From contig JAWCCZ010000002.1 in NCBI GenBank assembly GCA_038861545.1, positions 206,434 through 270,433 on the forward strand: a stretch of DNA of 64,000 nt, given 5' to 3'. The notes under the pieces were generated by a model that searched no databases, was not told the origin of the DNA, and saw nothing but the letters and a program-made list of their open reading frames with translations. Below, piece by piece: positions 47,015 to 57,115 of this stretch. How positions within the stretch are numbered: the first letter of the stretch is position 1; each line of letters opens with the position of its first letter. Origin of the DNA: Thermofilaceae archaeon (GTDB lineage: Archaea > Thermoproteota > Thermoprotei > Thermofilales > Thermofilaceae). Position numbers and translations under genes: made by a program.

Positions 47015-48723
47015 CAACTTTCCCGAGCTCTTCTTGGAAAAGGATTAAACTAACGGATAGTTTAGCCGGGTTAGTGAACTCCGCGATGTTTCACTTAAAG
47101 CCCGCTCCGGACAATGGATTGGGTGATGCCCTTGCTGCTATTGAGGTGAAGAACCTATCCTTCAGATACTTGGGGAAAAGCGAGCCGGCTTTAAAGAACA
47201 TAACCCTCGAAGTCAAGCGGGGCGAAGTGGTTTTACTCGCGGGGAGGAGCGGAAGCGGTAAATCCACACTAATTAAATGTGTAAACGGGTTGATCCCGCA
47301 TCGTTACGAGGGAGTGTATGAGGGCGAGGTTAAGGTAGACGGGTTATCCGTACCGGAAGCTAAGCTCTCCCAAATATCTAAGGTCGTCGGGACAATTATG
47401 CAGGAGGTGGGCAAGCAGCTTGTGCTACCGACGGTGATAGACGACGTCGCCTTCGGTTTATGCAATTTATGCCTGGATCGCGAAACTATAGAAAATAAAG
47501 TAGAAGAAGCCCTTTCCCGGCTTGGTATCGCTCATCTGAGAAACAGAGACGTAAACGAGCTGAGCGGGGGAGAAAAGCAGAGGGTAGCCATAGCGGGTGT
47601 CTTAGCGATGAACCCCTCTATTGTACTGATGGACGAACCCCTGGCCAACCTTGATAGTGAAGGCGTGAGGCTAACTCAACAGTTGATAAGGGAGCTAAAA
47701 GCGGAAAAGAGAACCTTGCTCGTCGCAGAGCATAGAGTTGAGGAGGTGCTTGACGCTGGTGTTGATAGAGTATTTATCATGGAGCAGGGGATGCTAGTTA
47801 AAGAGGTAGAGGACGCGCAGGAGCTAGCCGAGTTCGCAGGCACGCTCAAACTTCCAGCGAGCATATTTGCTAGGAGTGGGAAAACCGTAGCAGTTAAAGA
47901 GTTAGCTGGGCAAACAGCAGGTAAAGTCGCCGTGGAGTTTAGAAACGTCAGCTTTAGCTACGATGATAGACCAGTGCTCCGTAACATCAACCTGGTGATA
48001 AGAGAGGGGGAGCGTGTTGCTCTGCTAGGCAACAACGGGGCGGGGAAAAGCACGATAGCTAAGCTTATAATCGGAATTCTAAAGCCGACCAGTGGAGAAG
48101 TACGTGTTTACGGAATGGATACGAGAAGAAAAGATGTGTATGACCTCGCCCCCATAGTCGGCCTAGTTTTCCAAGACCCTTTTAACATGCTGTTCGCGCG
48201 AACCGTTAGAGAAGAGCTTTCATTTGGTCCGCTTAACTTGAGAGTCCCTGCAGACGAGATCCCGGCTCGAGTTAAACAGGCAGCTGCTAGCTGCAGGATC
48301 GAACCCCTGCTAGAGTATTCGCCTTTCGCCTCAAGCCACGGCGAAAAAAAGAGAATATGTGTGGGCTCGATACTTGCGATGAAGCCGAAAATACTTATAT
48401 TGGACGAGCCCACGGCGGGGCAGGACTATGCCAGCTGTACTTCCTTTATGGAATTCATCAATAGGTTGATTAGCGACGGTATAGTGAGGACCCTTATCCT
48501 AATAACCCATGATACAGACCTGGCTGTAGAGTATACTGATAGGACAGTAGTACTCGCTAATGGAGAAATCGTGGCAGAAGGCCCTACACGCAGGCTCCTA
48601 GCTGATTCAAACGTGCTTCTTCGTGGAAAGATCCGTGAAACAAGCCTTATTAGAGTTAGCAGAGAGCTGACGGGTGGAGCGGAAGTACTTAGACTAGGCG
48701 AGCTGCTCTCCGGCAACTTGTGA
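46993..48723 (+). CDS. ECF transporter ATPase with two fused ABC domains
   Basis: Two Walker A motifs (GRSGSGKS, GNNGAGKS), signatures LSGGEKQR and SHGEKKR, Walker B MDEP/LDEP. True start probably downstream (about 47086-47119). Confidence 0.9.
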   Translation: MAPFKSITTFPSSSWKRIKLTDSLAGLVNSAMFHLKPAPDNGLGDALAAIEVKNLSFRYLGKSEPALKNITLEVKRGEVVLLAGRSGSGKSTLIKCVNGLIPHRYEGVYEGEVKVDGLSVPEAKLSQISKVVGTIMQEVGKQLVLPTVIDDVAFGLCNLCLDRETIENKVEEALSRLGIAHLRNRDVNELSGGEKQRVAIAGVLAMNPSIVLMDEPLANLDSEGVRLTQQLIRELKAEKRTLLVAEHRVEEVLDAGVDRVFIMEQGMLVKEVEDAQELAEFAGTLKLPASIFARSGKTVAVKELAGQTAGKVAVEFRNVSFSYDDRPVLRNINLVIREGERVALLGNNGAGKSTIAKLIIGILKPTSGEVRVYGMDTRRKDVYDLAPIVGLVFQDPFNMLFARTVREELSFGPLNLRVPADEIPARVKQAAASCRIEPLLEYSPFASSHGEKKRICVGSILAMKPKILILDEPTAGQDYASCTSFMEFINRLISDGIVRTLILITHDTDLAVEYTDRTVVLANGEIVAEGPTRRLLADSNVLLRGKIRETSLIRVSRELTGGAEVLRLGELLSGNL

Positions 48724-48768
48724 CCACGCTACCGTTAAGGATTTAACTATTCGCATGATAGCTTCCCC

Positions 48769-49344
48769 GTGGGCCAAGGACAGTCCGCTAAAAGGCCCGT
48801 GATATCAACCACAGGTATCGTCGCCATGGGTGTGGGGACAGCGCTCTATGCCGCGTTTAATGTTTTCTTCAACGTGCTTCAGCTACCCGGCGCTCAGCTA
48901 GTTGCGCTTAGGCCGAGCGTCAGTATACCGATGTTCTTCGGCTATGTTTTCGGCCCTATCGTGGGGTTCGTTTCCGGTTTCCTAGGCAACGTGATTAGCG
49001 ACGCGATAAGCTGGGGTGGCTTCTGGTGGAACTGGGATGTCGGCAACGGCCTACTCGGGCTGATACCCGGATTCGCAGCTTATTTTCTTTCGAAAGAGGA
49101 TGTATACAAGCAGAAGGGGTTAATCGTCTGCGCAATATTGGCAATAGTGGCCTCGGTTATAGGGATGGGTTTCGCGGCATTCACTGACTACTTGTTCGGC
49201 TATGGGATATCAACAATTGAGGAAGCTATTTACGCGCTGTTTTTACCTGCTGCGGTGACCGACGCGGTTAACGGTGCTATCCTAACGCCGATACTGGTTT
49301 CAGCGTACGCTTCAGCAGTGAGGGGCAGGGCAAGGAGAGTTTGA
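48769..49344 (+). CDS. ECF transporter S component (UPF0397-like)
   Basis: GVGTALY, FGPIVGFVSGFLGNVISD and WWNW motifs; 5-6 TM segments. Confidence 0.85.
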   Translation: MGQGQSAKRPVISTTGIVAMGVGTALYAAFNVFFNVLQLPGAQLVALRPSVSIPMFFGYVFGPIVGFVSGFLGNVISDAISWGGFWWNWDVGNGLLGLIPGFAAYFLSKEDVYKQKGLIVCAILAIVASVIGMGFAAFTDYLFGYGISTIEEAIYALFLPAAVTDAVNGAILTPILVSAYASAVRGRARRV

Positions 49345-49345
49345 A

Positions 49346-50134
49346 ATGGCTAGCAAGGTCATCAGGTACGTTGAAGGTAAAAGCGCGGTACACAAGCTAG
49401 ACCCGAGGTCGAAACTAACACTAGTTTTTTCTGTTGCTGTGTGCGCAACGCTAGCGTACAACCTCGCTCTAGCTCTTCCTATTCTCGCATTCTCCTTAAC
49501 AGTTTACTCACTAGCCAGGTTGCCGTGGAGTAAAACTAAAAATACTTGGAGATTTATACTTTTTATCATAGTTTTTCTCTCCTTACTCAACTACCTTTTT
49601 GTAGTTGTACTTTTCCGTCCCCTACGCCAACCCTTAGGTCCCGAGATGCTATTGAAGCCTGAGATCCTTACTGGAGTGTTCACCCCTATTGTTAAGCTCC
49701 TTGCCTTAGCTGCAGCAACGATAACGTTTGTATATACGACGCCCCCATACCTTTACGCACCCGCTTTAGGCCAGATAGGGCTTAACTACAAGGCAGCCTA
49801 CGTAGTACAACTGGGGTTGCGTTACATCCCGGAGTTCATAGAGGAGATGAAGAGGACGTTAGAGGCGCAGATGGCGCGCGGCTATAAGCCTAAGGGTGGT
49901 GGCAACTTGATAGCTAGAATAGTGGCTTTGACGCCTCTCGTGGTTCCAGTCACCATTTCAGCTACACTTTCGATTTACGATATAGCTGACGCTATGGAGC
50001 TGCGCGGTTTCGGTGAAGTCGAATGCCACACATGGTTCCGAGCGTTGAAATTCAGAAAAGCGGATTTCGTAGTAGTAGCCATTTCTACGATTTTGGCAGC
50101 CGTCTACACGATATTTTTTGTAATTAAACCTTAG
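49346..50134 (+). CDS. ecfT: ECF transporter T component (EcfT/CbiQ)
   Basis: HKLDPRSK, LRYIP, AQMARG and AMELRGF motifs. Confidence 0.92.
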   Translation: MASKVIRYVEGKSAVHKLDPRSKLTLVFSVAVCATLAYNLALALPILAFSLTVYSLARLPWSKTKNTWRFILFIIVFLSLLNYLFVVVLFRPLRQPLGPEMLLKPEILTGVFTPIVKLLALAAATITFVYTTPPYLYAPALGQIGLNYKAAYVVQLGLRYIPEFIEEMKRTLEAQMARGYKPKGGGNLIARIVALTPLVVPVTISATLSIYDIADAMELRGFGEVECHTWFRALKFRKADFVVVAISTILAAVYTIFFVIKP

Positions 50135-50207
50135 ATATTAAAGTGAACTTTTAAACTTGCATCATATTAGATTAAAAGTTTAAATAGTAGTCTGAGAACA
50201 CGGCATT

Positions 50208-50618
50208 ATGCAGCACCTTAAAGTTGACAACCCTGAAAAACTTGTTACTGCTTACAGCGGTATTGTAAGCAGTAAGGGTGAAAGTAAAACTGTCAGCAGA
50301 GGAGGCAGCGACCTGCGGAAGCTCGATGAGATGGGGAGTACTTACGAGTTCGTAATCACCTATACATATAAACCCGGCAGGTTTGCGAAGGAGAAGACAG
50401 TTGTAGCAATAGTCCCAGTGAAACGTGCAATGAATAGATTATTTGAGTGCAACACTGATGAAGTAACCTTCAGAATCCTCGCGTTCAAAAAGGGAAACTT
50501 TGAGGAGGAGTGGAGCGGGGATCTAGGAAAAGCTAAGAGCGAGATTCCCGACGTTGTACAGGCGTTTGAAGAGGATATTGCAGACCTAGTATCGGCAGTT
50601 GGTGCAAAAACCGGTTAA
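50208..50618 (+). CDS. Hypothetical protein
   Basis: 136-aa ORF with its own TTTAAATA TATA box about 25 bp upstream. Confidence 0.7.
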   Translation: MQHLKVDNPEKLVTAYSGIVSSKGESKTVSRGGSDLRKLDEMGSTYEFVITYTYKPGRFAKEKTVVAIVPVKRAMNRLFECNTDEVTFRILAFKKGNFEEEWSGDLGKAKSEIPDVVQAFEEDIADLVSAVGAKTG

Positions 50619-51103
50619 GGATCAAGCACAAGTCTAAGCACCTCATCGAAGCTTTTTACGTCTGCACCGAACATGGCTACAGTAACTTGCGGCCACGCAC
50701 GTTTTACTTTCTCCACCATTTCCGGGTTGTCATCTACGAATACAATTTCACTTGGCTTAATCCCGTGGAATGTACTCCATTCTAAAAGCTTGCTGAACAT
50801 TAAATCTTTACGTGGATGTGGTTCAACAATTACCAAGTCAAAAAGACGGAGTAAGTCAAACGCTTCTAAAGCGGCCACTGCCTTGCTATAAAGGTTCCAG
50901 CTTACGACGGCTAAAGCGATCTCACGATCCTTAAGAGTTTCAAGAACTTCCCTAACCCCAGTTCTAAGCTTGATGAAAATACCCTTAGAATCGGATATCG
51001 TATCCCTGTTAAGTCTGTCGTAAGGTGGCTCTGTTGAAGAAACATCCTCGTGATCCCAAATAGTTTTGTCCAAATCCAGCGCTAACAGTTTGTAACTGCC
51101 CAC
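50615..51103 (-). CDS. Magnesium-dependent phosphatase-1 (HAD subfamily IIIC)
   Basis: ALDLDKTIWDH, VSWN, PHPRK and FVDD motifs. Start taken at GTG 51103 because the ORF-track start overlaps the divergent gene. Confidence 0.85.
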   Translation of the reverse strand: MGSYKLLALDLDKTIWDHEDVSSTEPPYDRLNRDTISDSKGIFIKLRTGVREVLETLKDREIALAVVSWNLYSKAVAALEAFDLLRLFDLVIVEPHPRKDLMFSKLLEWSTFHGIKPSEIVFVDDNPEMVEKVKRAWPQVTVAMFGADVKSFDEVLRLVLDP

Positions 51104-51192
51104 AGCCTGGGGATTTTTAACGGGTAATAAGGTTCGCGCTGAGAGCCGAAGTACTTTTAACACCCTTATTTTAAGGGACTCAAGGTGAGGAT

Positions 51193-52755
51193 TTGAAGAA
51201 TGCACACTCGGCTTTACTCGTAGCAACTTTATTTGTGCTACTCTCAATTGCCTCGTACCTTGTTCTCCGAGAGAAAAGCGGTTACGTAGGCGTGATCCAC
51301 GTCAAAGGTTACGTGCTATCCTCGGAAAGCGCCGACTCAGTTACGAGTGCTATTATGAAAGCATCAACAAACTCGAGTATTAAAGCCGTTGTCGTTGTTA
51401 TAGACTCCTTTGGAGGTTCGGCGAACTACGTTGAGCAAATATACTTAAACTTAAAGGGACTGAGAGGGAAGAAGCCGGTTGTAGCCTTAGCTGTTAACGC
51501 GCTATCCGGCGGTTACTACATCGCTGCAGCAGCTGACTACGTTTTCGTTCATCCGACTTCTTTCATAGGCTCCGTGGGTGTAGTATCAACAGCACCGCCA
51601 CTCCTAGTACCCTCGGAGCAAACCCTGGAGACAGGCGCTTACAAGCACACGGGCTTCTCGAGGCTGCTGTTCTACTATAATCTCAGCAGAGCGTTGGATG
51701 CGTTTATAGGAGCTATCGAAGAGGGAAGAGGTAGCCGCTTAAGAGCCTCTAGGGAAGAGCTTAGCAAAGGGCTAGTATACCTAGGCAAGGAGGCTGTCGC
51801 GATAGGCTTGGCTGACCAAATCGGCTCTCTAGAGCAAGCCCTAAGCGAGGCGGCGCGCAGGGCTGGACTTCTCAGCTATGAGGTAGTAGAAGTAACTGGC
51901 AGAATTGCCCAGGGATCCGGCTACTATACTTGGAGCAATGTTACGGCAAGTCTACTGGAAGAGCTGCAGCCACCGCCTGCACTCTACTACATATACCTCG
52001 GAGCTAGGGGGTTAGTGGACAGCGGTCAACCGGCGGCTCAGGTTCCCGTAGCAACAGGAACACCGGCGCAGGTGCTTGTAGACCTCTCGCACGGTAACAG
52101 AGTATCCTGGTGGAACCTTGATGCGCTTATAGCTGAGCTAGCCGAGATTAACTCCACTGTAAACTTCGTGAAGACTTGGTACGAGCTGGAAACTTTGCTC
52201 AATAACTCGACATGCCTAATCGTGGCAGCGCCCACACTTCCCTATATGGGTAAAGAAATCGAGAAGGTAGAACATTTCGTGAAAAATGGCGGGGTGCTTA
52301 TCCTACTATTCGACCCCTCTATTGAGTACGTAGGTCTTGAAGGAATTTCAGCGTACATAACGGCTCCAATAAACACATTAGCCGAAAGATTCGGTTTAAC
52401 TTTCGCTTACGGGTTTCTATACAACGAGAAAGAGCACCTTGGCATTTACAGAAACATTTACGTTAGCGAGTTTGCCGAGGATGAGCTTTTTAAGGATGTT
52501 CACACTATAACGCTGTTTACGGCAACCCATATAAGATCGGGAAGCGGTATTGCTTGGACCTCTAACTCGACTTTCTCCTCATCTGCCGAGAAAGTCGGGA
52601 GATATGCAATCATTGCACGTGATAGGTACGGGAAAGGAGAGATTATTGCTTTAGGCGATATCACGATCTTCAGTGAACCATTCTGCTACGTTGAGGATAA
52701 TTACCGGTTCATAAGGAATTTAGCCGAGTTTATCGTAAAAAGCAAGGAAGGTTAA
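51193..52755 (+). CDS. S49 (SppA) peptidase fused to a C-terminal GATase-like/DUF4350-type domain
   Basis: IDSFGGS, ALSGGYYIA (Ser), IGSVGV, TGAYK (Lys) and GLADQIG; then VLVDLSHG, FVKNGG and GKGEIIALGD. Confidence 0.8.
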   Translation: MKNAHSALLVATLFVLLSIASYLVLREKSGYVGVIHVKGYVLSSESADSVTSAIMKASTNSSIKAVVVVIDSFGGSANYVEQIYLNLKGLRGKKPVVALAVNALSGGYYIAAAADYVFVHPTSFIGSVGVVSTAPPLLVPSEQTLETGAYKHTGFSRLLFYYNLSRALDAFIGAIEEGRGSRLRASREELSKGLVYLGKEAVAIGLADQIGSLEQALSEAARRAGLLSYEVVEVTGRIAQGSGYYTWSNVTASLLEELQPPPALYYIYLGARGLVDSGQPAAQVPVATGTPAQVLVDLSHGNRVSWWNLDALIAELAEINSTVNFVKTWYELETLLNNSTCLIVAAPTLPYMGKEIEKVEHFVKNGGVLILLFDPSIEYVGLEGISAYITAPINTLAERFGLTFAYGFLYNEKEHLGIYRNIYVSEFAEDELFKDVHTITLFTATHIRSGSGIAWTSNSTFSSSAEKVGRYAIIARDRYGKGEIIALGDITIFSEPFCYVEDNYRFIRNLAEFIVKSKEG

Positions 52756-52822
52756 GTTAGAGACATGTTGAAACTGAAAAATAATTTTTAGATTTACATA
52801 ACTTGTGGTACTAAGCCGGATT

Positions 52823-53266
52823 TCACTCTTGCCGTTCCCAAGATACTTTTTTCGCTAATCTGACCAGCCTTAGACCCTCCAGCCAGAGTAAAGCCGTGGG
52901 TATCGCCGCGACTATTATTGCTTCAAGCGGTGGTTTAGAAAGCAGGTAAAAAGCAGTTAAGAGAACCGTGCAGAAAACCGCGTACGGTATTAGCCTTGGA
53001 ACCACGTTTCCTAGCAAGCCGACGTACACTGACATAACTGAATCGTTATTGACTTTAGCCACGTACTCTCCAGTGCTTTTCTCGGCGAACCCCAGCTCGA
53101 CCAGCCTATCTAGGTAATGCTTAGCTGCTCCGGGGCTGCCTAAAGCGGCTAACCGTTGAACTTCCCGAACCCCCAAGGGTTTTCCACTCCTCAGTAGTAC
53201 GAAGTAAACTCTAGCTAGCCTACCGTCGATAGCCACCGTCGAACGCCTCTTATGCTGTAAGGCCAT
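52823..53266 (-). CDS. Winged-HTH protein with two C-terminal TM helices
   Basis: PLGVREVQR...AKHYLDRLVELG HTH, followed by two hydrophobic segments. Confidence 0.75.
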   Translation of the reverse strand: MALQHKRRSTVAIDGRLARVYFVLLRSGKPLGVREVQRLAALGSPGAAKHYLDRLVELGFAEKSTGEYVAKVNNDSVMSVYVGLLGNVVPRLIPYAVFCTVLLTAFYLLSKPPLEAIIVAAIPTALLWLEGLRLVRLAKKVSWERQE

Positions 53267-53269
53267 CTC

Positions 53270-54667
53270 TTACCCCTCTACTGGGAACCGCCTCCTAATA
53301 ATATAGTAGGCGGCCCCAGCCACTACTAAGGCCATGAAAGCAGCTAACGCGAGACCGGTTATCGCCTGCTGAGGGATCCGGTTACCCTGGCTCGCTTCAG
53401 CGCCACCGACAGCGGAGTAGCCTCCTCTGCTTAACCGATTGTATTCGGGGCTTTCCGCTTCGAAAAACCTTGGAGGCGCAGCTATACAGCGGACGAGCAA
53501 AGCCCCCTCAACTGAACTGTATGGAACCCATATGCCGTCATCCCAAACGAGCCTGCTATTCCATCCGGCGTAGCCGAGTTTAGCCGCTTGAGCGATAGCC
53601 TCAATATCAGCCTTCTCGAAGTTTGAAATTACGTCGATCTCCATTAACCATTCAAGCTCAGCCTCAAGGGCATTCTTCATTATTGGGTCGGAGATCTTAA
53701 AGGTTGGAACTAGCCTAGTCTCGCTGTAAGCGCTGAAATTGCATACTTCGACCAAGTTTTTATCAGGGCCTATTCCACTTAAGAGGGAATCGATCTCTTT
53801 CAGTATTCGCTCGCTAAGGTTGCCGGTTACCGTAATGGTATAAGAGTATAAACCGACATCCACCCGTATATCCGTGTCCCCCACGCTTTTAGTAGCTGTA
53901 AAGCCGCCCTGGTAAGACTCAATATTCCAACCAAGTCTACCAACGTTAACGTAGAACGGGAAACCCTGCATCGGCTCGATTGATACGTATATCACGGTAT
54001 CCTTTGAGCTCGTCCAGCTAAGCTCGAGCGTAACGTTGTACTCCCCAGGTTCAATATCCATAGGTGCATCGTAGCCTGGTATCAGCATTAGAACCCTGAA
54101 ACATGGTTCGCCAAGGCTTAACAGACAGGGCATGGTTACCCGGTACTCCGACGCTCCGCTCAAAAGGAGAACTCCGCTTACAGTTAAGTTAACATCTTCA
54201 TCGAAAACCTGGGGAACAAGCGTGGGTTTGAACTGAAGCGCGCATCTGCTCTTCACTTTTAGCGTTCCCAAAGCTACAGTGCTGCTCCCCTTTCCGGCTT
54301 TCAGCAGGACTTTTTCCTGCGTTAATCCTTCAGGATCAAAGCATTGTACGTTTAACGTGCAGTAATGTACAGTCACCTTCTCGAATTTCAAAGGCGCTTG
54401 TAGCCTAACAGATAGGTACTTCTCTCCTTCGGGGACGAGCTGCTGCTCTGATACAAGTACTATAAGCCTCTCATCGTAATGGCTCCTATACGCGTATGCC
54501 TGGCCCTCATAGTAAACCTCGATAGCGTTTTCAAGCTTTGAGAGGTTATATATAATCCCGGGCTTGTTTAACACAACTTCGACGGCGTAAAAGTCGGCTT
54601 GGCTTATGCAAGCAAGCGTAGCCGGTACTAAGGCTATCACCATTAAGACCCAGATTTTCCCTTTCAT
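53270..54667 (-). CDS. Secreted, C-terminally anchored surface protein related to Thermococcales Cys-rich CGP-CTERM proteins
   Basis: Signal peptide MKGKIWVLMV..., C-x-x-x-AD-x-YAVEVVLNKPG, YRSHYD and GYAGWNSRL; C-terminal TM plus RRR. Family recalled from memory. Confidence 0.6.
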   Translation of the reverse strand: MKGKIWVLMVIALVPATLACISQADFYAVEVVLNKPGIIYNLSKLENAIEVYYEGQAYAYRSHYDERLIVLVSEQQLVPEGEKYLSVRLQAPLKFEKVTVHYCTLNVQCFDPEGLTQEKVLLKAGKGSSTVALGTLKVKSRCALQFKPTLVPQVFDEDVNLTVSGVLLLSGASEYRVTMPCLLSLGEPCFRVLMLIPGYDAPMDIEPGEYNVTLELSWTSSKDTVIYVSIEPMQGFPFYVNVGRLGWNIESYQGGFTATKSVGDTDIRVDVGLYSYTITVTGNLSERILKEIDSLLSGIGPDKNLVEVCNFSAYSETRLVPTFKISDPIMKNALEAELEWLMEIDVISNFEKADIEAIAQAAKLGYAGWNSRLVWDDGIWVPYSSVEGALLVRCIAAPPRFFEAESPEYNRLSRGGYSAVGGAEASQGNRIPQQAITGLALAAFMALVVAGAAYYIIRRRFPVEG

Positions 54668-54825
54668 CAGGACTACTCCACTTAGGGGGTGAAAAAATTG
54701 CATTTCCGAACGGCGTGTCCGGTAAAATAGACGCTTGTGGACTCCTTCGCTTGCAAACGGAAAATTGCCTACACTCATATTTTCAAGCACTCTACAATAT
54801 GTCAGGTTAAACTATTCCCGGCTTA

Positions 54826-57060
54826 GTGCTAAAGTATTTTAATGTCGAAGCGAGAGAAAAACGTGTGACCCACTTAGTTGACATTAAGCTTGGAGCTTTA
54901 CGGACCCGGGTAACGGTTTACTCATCAAACATCATCCGTATTACGCATTCTCCCCCCTTCGTAGAGCCCTTCAAAAGTTATGTGGTTGTAAGAGAGCCTG
55001 GAGAGGTTATCTACAACGTTAGAGAAGAGGGGAAAAGAACCACAGTATCGACAAGCGAACTCGAAGTTACTGTTGATAGCGAGAGCGGTGTTCTGGAAAT
55101 CAGCTGGGGTAACGGCTCGTTGAGAGAACTCGAACGGGAAATTAAGAGAACTACGGCCCTCGGAAAAGAGACGTACAGCATAGTTCAGAAGCTAGAGCTG
55201 GTTGAGGGAGAAGCGGTTTTCGGGTTAGGCCAGCACGCCGGCTATTCGGCTCACACTGGTTTAAACTACCGAAACAGAGTCGTTTACCTAGCTCAGAGGA
55301 ACACCGATATCGCTATCCCGTTCATGGTCTCCAGCCGGGGATACGGTATACTGTGGGATATTACTTCCATGGGTGTTTTCGAATTCCGCGGCAACAGCCT
55401 AAAGGTGTGGTTTGAATCGAGCGACGCCATAGACTTTTACTTCATTTTCGGCCCCTCGCTGGATAGAGTGATAGCCGGATACAGGTGGCTTACGGGAGAC
55501 GCTCCTATGCTTCCTAAAAGCGCCTTCGGCTACTGGCAGTCGAAGGAGAGGTACGCATCACAGGAGGAAATAGTATCCGTTGTTAAGGAGTTTAAAAATA
55601 AGGGCATTCCGATCGACATCATAGTGCAAGACTGGAGATACTGGGGTAAGTACGGCTGGAACGCTTTCAAGTTCGATGAGGAGTACTACCCTGATCCAGC
55701 GAAAATGGTGAAAGACCTGCACGACCTCGGCGTTAAGCTGGCAATATCCATCTGGCCTATGTTCGGTGAGGAAACAGAGATTTACCAGAAAGCGATCGAA
55801 CTAGGGTACAATATCCCAGAAACTGGGCTGGTCAATTTCTTCAAAGAAGAAGCGGGGAAATGGTTCTGGGAAAGGATTAAAGAGGTTTTCTTCGACATCG
55901 GTGTTGACGCTTGGTGGTTAGATGCTACAGAGCCGGAGATAAAGCCTCTACTGATATACACTACATGGCAGCGGGAACTAAAAATAGATGATGACCGCAT
56001 GCTCAAGCACCTAAACGCATATCCGCTGCTCGAAGCGAAAGCCGTGTATGAGGGACAACGACGGGACAGTAACAAGAGAGTATTGATTTTGACGCGATCC
56101 GGCTTTTCGGGCATTCAGCGTTACGGCGTCGTTAACTGGTCCGGTGATATCACAGGTGACTGGACTACCTTTAGGTCGCAAATATGGGCCGGCTTAAACT
56201 ACTGCTTATCCGGTCCACCCTACTGGACTACCGATATAGGCGGATTTTTCAGCGGCAACCCGGACACCGAGAGCTTCAGAGAGCTTTTCATCCGATGGTT
56301 TCAGTGGGGGGTTTTCTGCCCGATATTCAGGGTTCATGGAACGTACTTTCCGAAGGAGCCGTGGAGATTTGGTCCACAAACAGAGGAAATCTTAGCCAAG
56401 TATATCCGGCTCCGTTACAGGCTACTACCTTACATATACTCTCTTGCTTGGAAGGTCCACAGCGAAGGCTACACGATGATGAGGCATTTAGCGATGGACT
56501 TTCCCGACGATAAGGAAGCGCTAGAAGTGGACGACGAGTTTATGTTTGGTCCCCACGTACTTGTAGCGCCCGTAACCACGCCATCTACGTGGGAAAGAGA
56601 AGTCTACCTACCCCGCGGGCTGTGGTATGATTTCTGGACTGGGAAGCTATACTGCGGTGGACGCTGCGTGAGAGCTCATTCACCCCTCGATACAATACCA
56701 CTGTTTGTAAAGGCTGGAGCTATTCTACCCCTAGCACCATCCAATATCAAAAGCACAGCGGAGAAAATCAATGAGATCGAACTGCGCGTGTATCCAGGTG
56801 CAGATGGTTATTTCGCGCTATACGACGACGATGGTGAAACGTATAATTATGAGAAAGGAGCTTACGCGTTGATACCGGTTATGTGGAACGATTATGACCA
56901 GGAGCTAATCTTAAACGAAAAACTGGGAGGGTATGAAATCCCTGAACTGAATTTCAAACTGGTTGTTGTGCGAAAGGGAAGGGGGGTTGGAATAGAGGAA
57001 AGCGAACCCGACTTAACGTTGAACTACAAGGGAAAGCTTATCAAAGCGAAGCTAATTTAG
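54826..57060 (+). CDS. Glycoside hydrolase family 31 (alpha-xylosidase/alpha-glucosidase)
   Basis: GYWQSKERY, DIIVQDW, WWLDATEP (nucleophile), WSGD (acid/base), YWTTDIGGF and RVHG motifs. Confidence 0.93.
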   Translation: MLKYFNVEAREKRVTHLVDIKLGALRTRVTVYSSNIIRITHSPPFVEPFKSYVVVREPGEVIYNVREEGKRTTVSTSELEVTVDSESGVLEISWGNGSLRELEREIKRTTALGKETYSIVQKLELVEGEAVFGLGQHAGYSAHTGLNYRNRVVYLAQRNTDIAIPFMVSSRGYGILWDITSMGVFEFRGNSLKVWFESSDAIDFYFIFGPSLDRVIAGYRWLTGDAPMLPKSAFGYWQSKERYASQEEIVSVVKEFKNKGIPIDIIVQDWRYWGKYGWNAFKFDEEYYPDPAKMVKDLHDLGVKLAISIWPMFGEETEIYQKAIELGYNIPETGLVNFFKEEAGKWFWERIKEVFFDIGVDAWWLDATEPEIKPLLIYTTWQRELKIDDDRMLKHLNAYPLLEAKAVYEGQRRDSNKRVLILTRSGFSGIQRYGVVNWSGDITGDWTTFRSQIWAGLNYCLSGPPYWTTDIGGFFSGNPDTESFRELFIRWFQWGVFCPIFRVHGTYFPKEPWRFGPQTEEILAKYIRLRYRLLPYIYSLAWKVHSEGYTMMRHLAMDFPDDKEALEVDDEFMFGPHVLVAPVTTPSTWEREVYLPRGLWYDFWTGKLYCGGRCVRAHSPLDTIPLFVKAGAILPLAPSNIKSTAEKINEIELRVYPGADGYFALYDDDGETYNYEKGAYALIPVMWNDYDQELILNEKLGGYEIPELNFKLVVVRKGRGVGIEESEPDLTLNYKGKLIKAKLI

Positions 57061-57115
57061 TTTTTTCCTTTTGGTAAATTCCTATTAGTTCCCATTCCAA
57101 GTTTCAGGTAAAATT

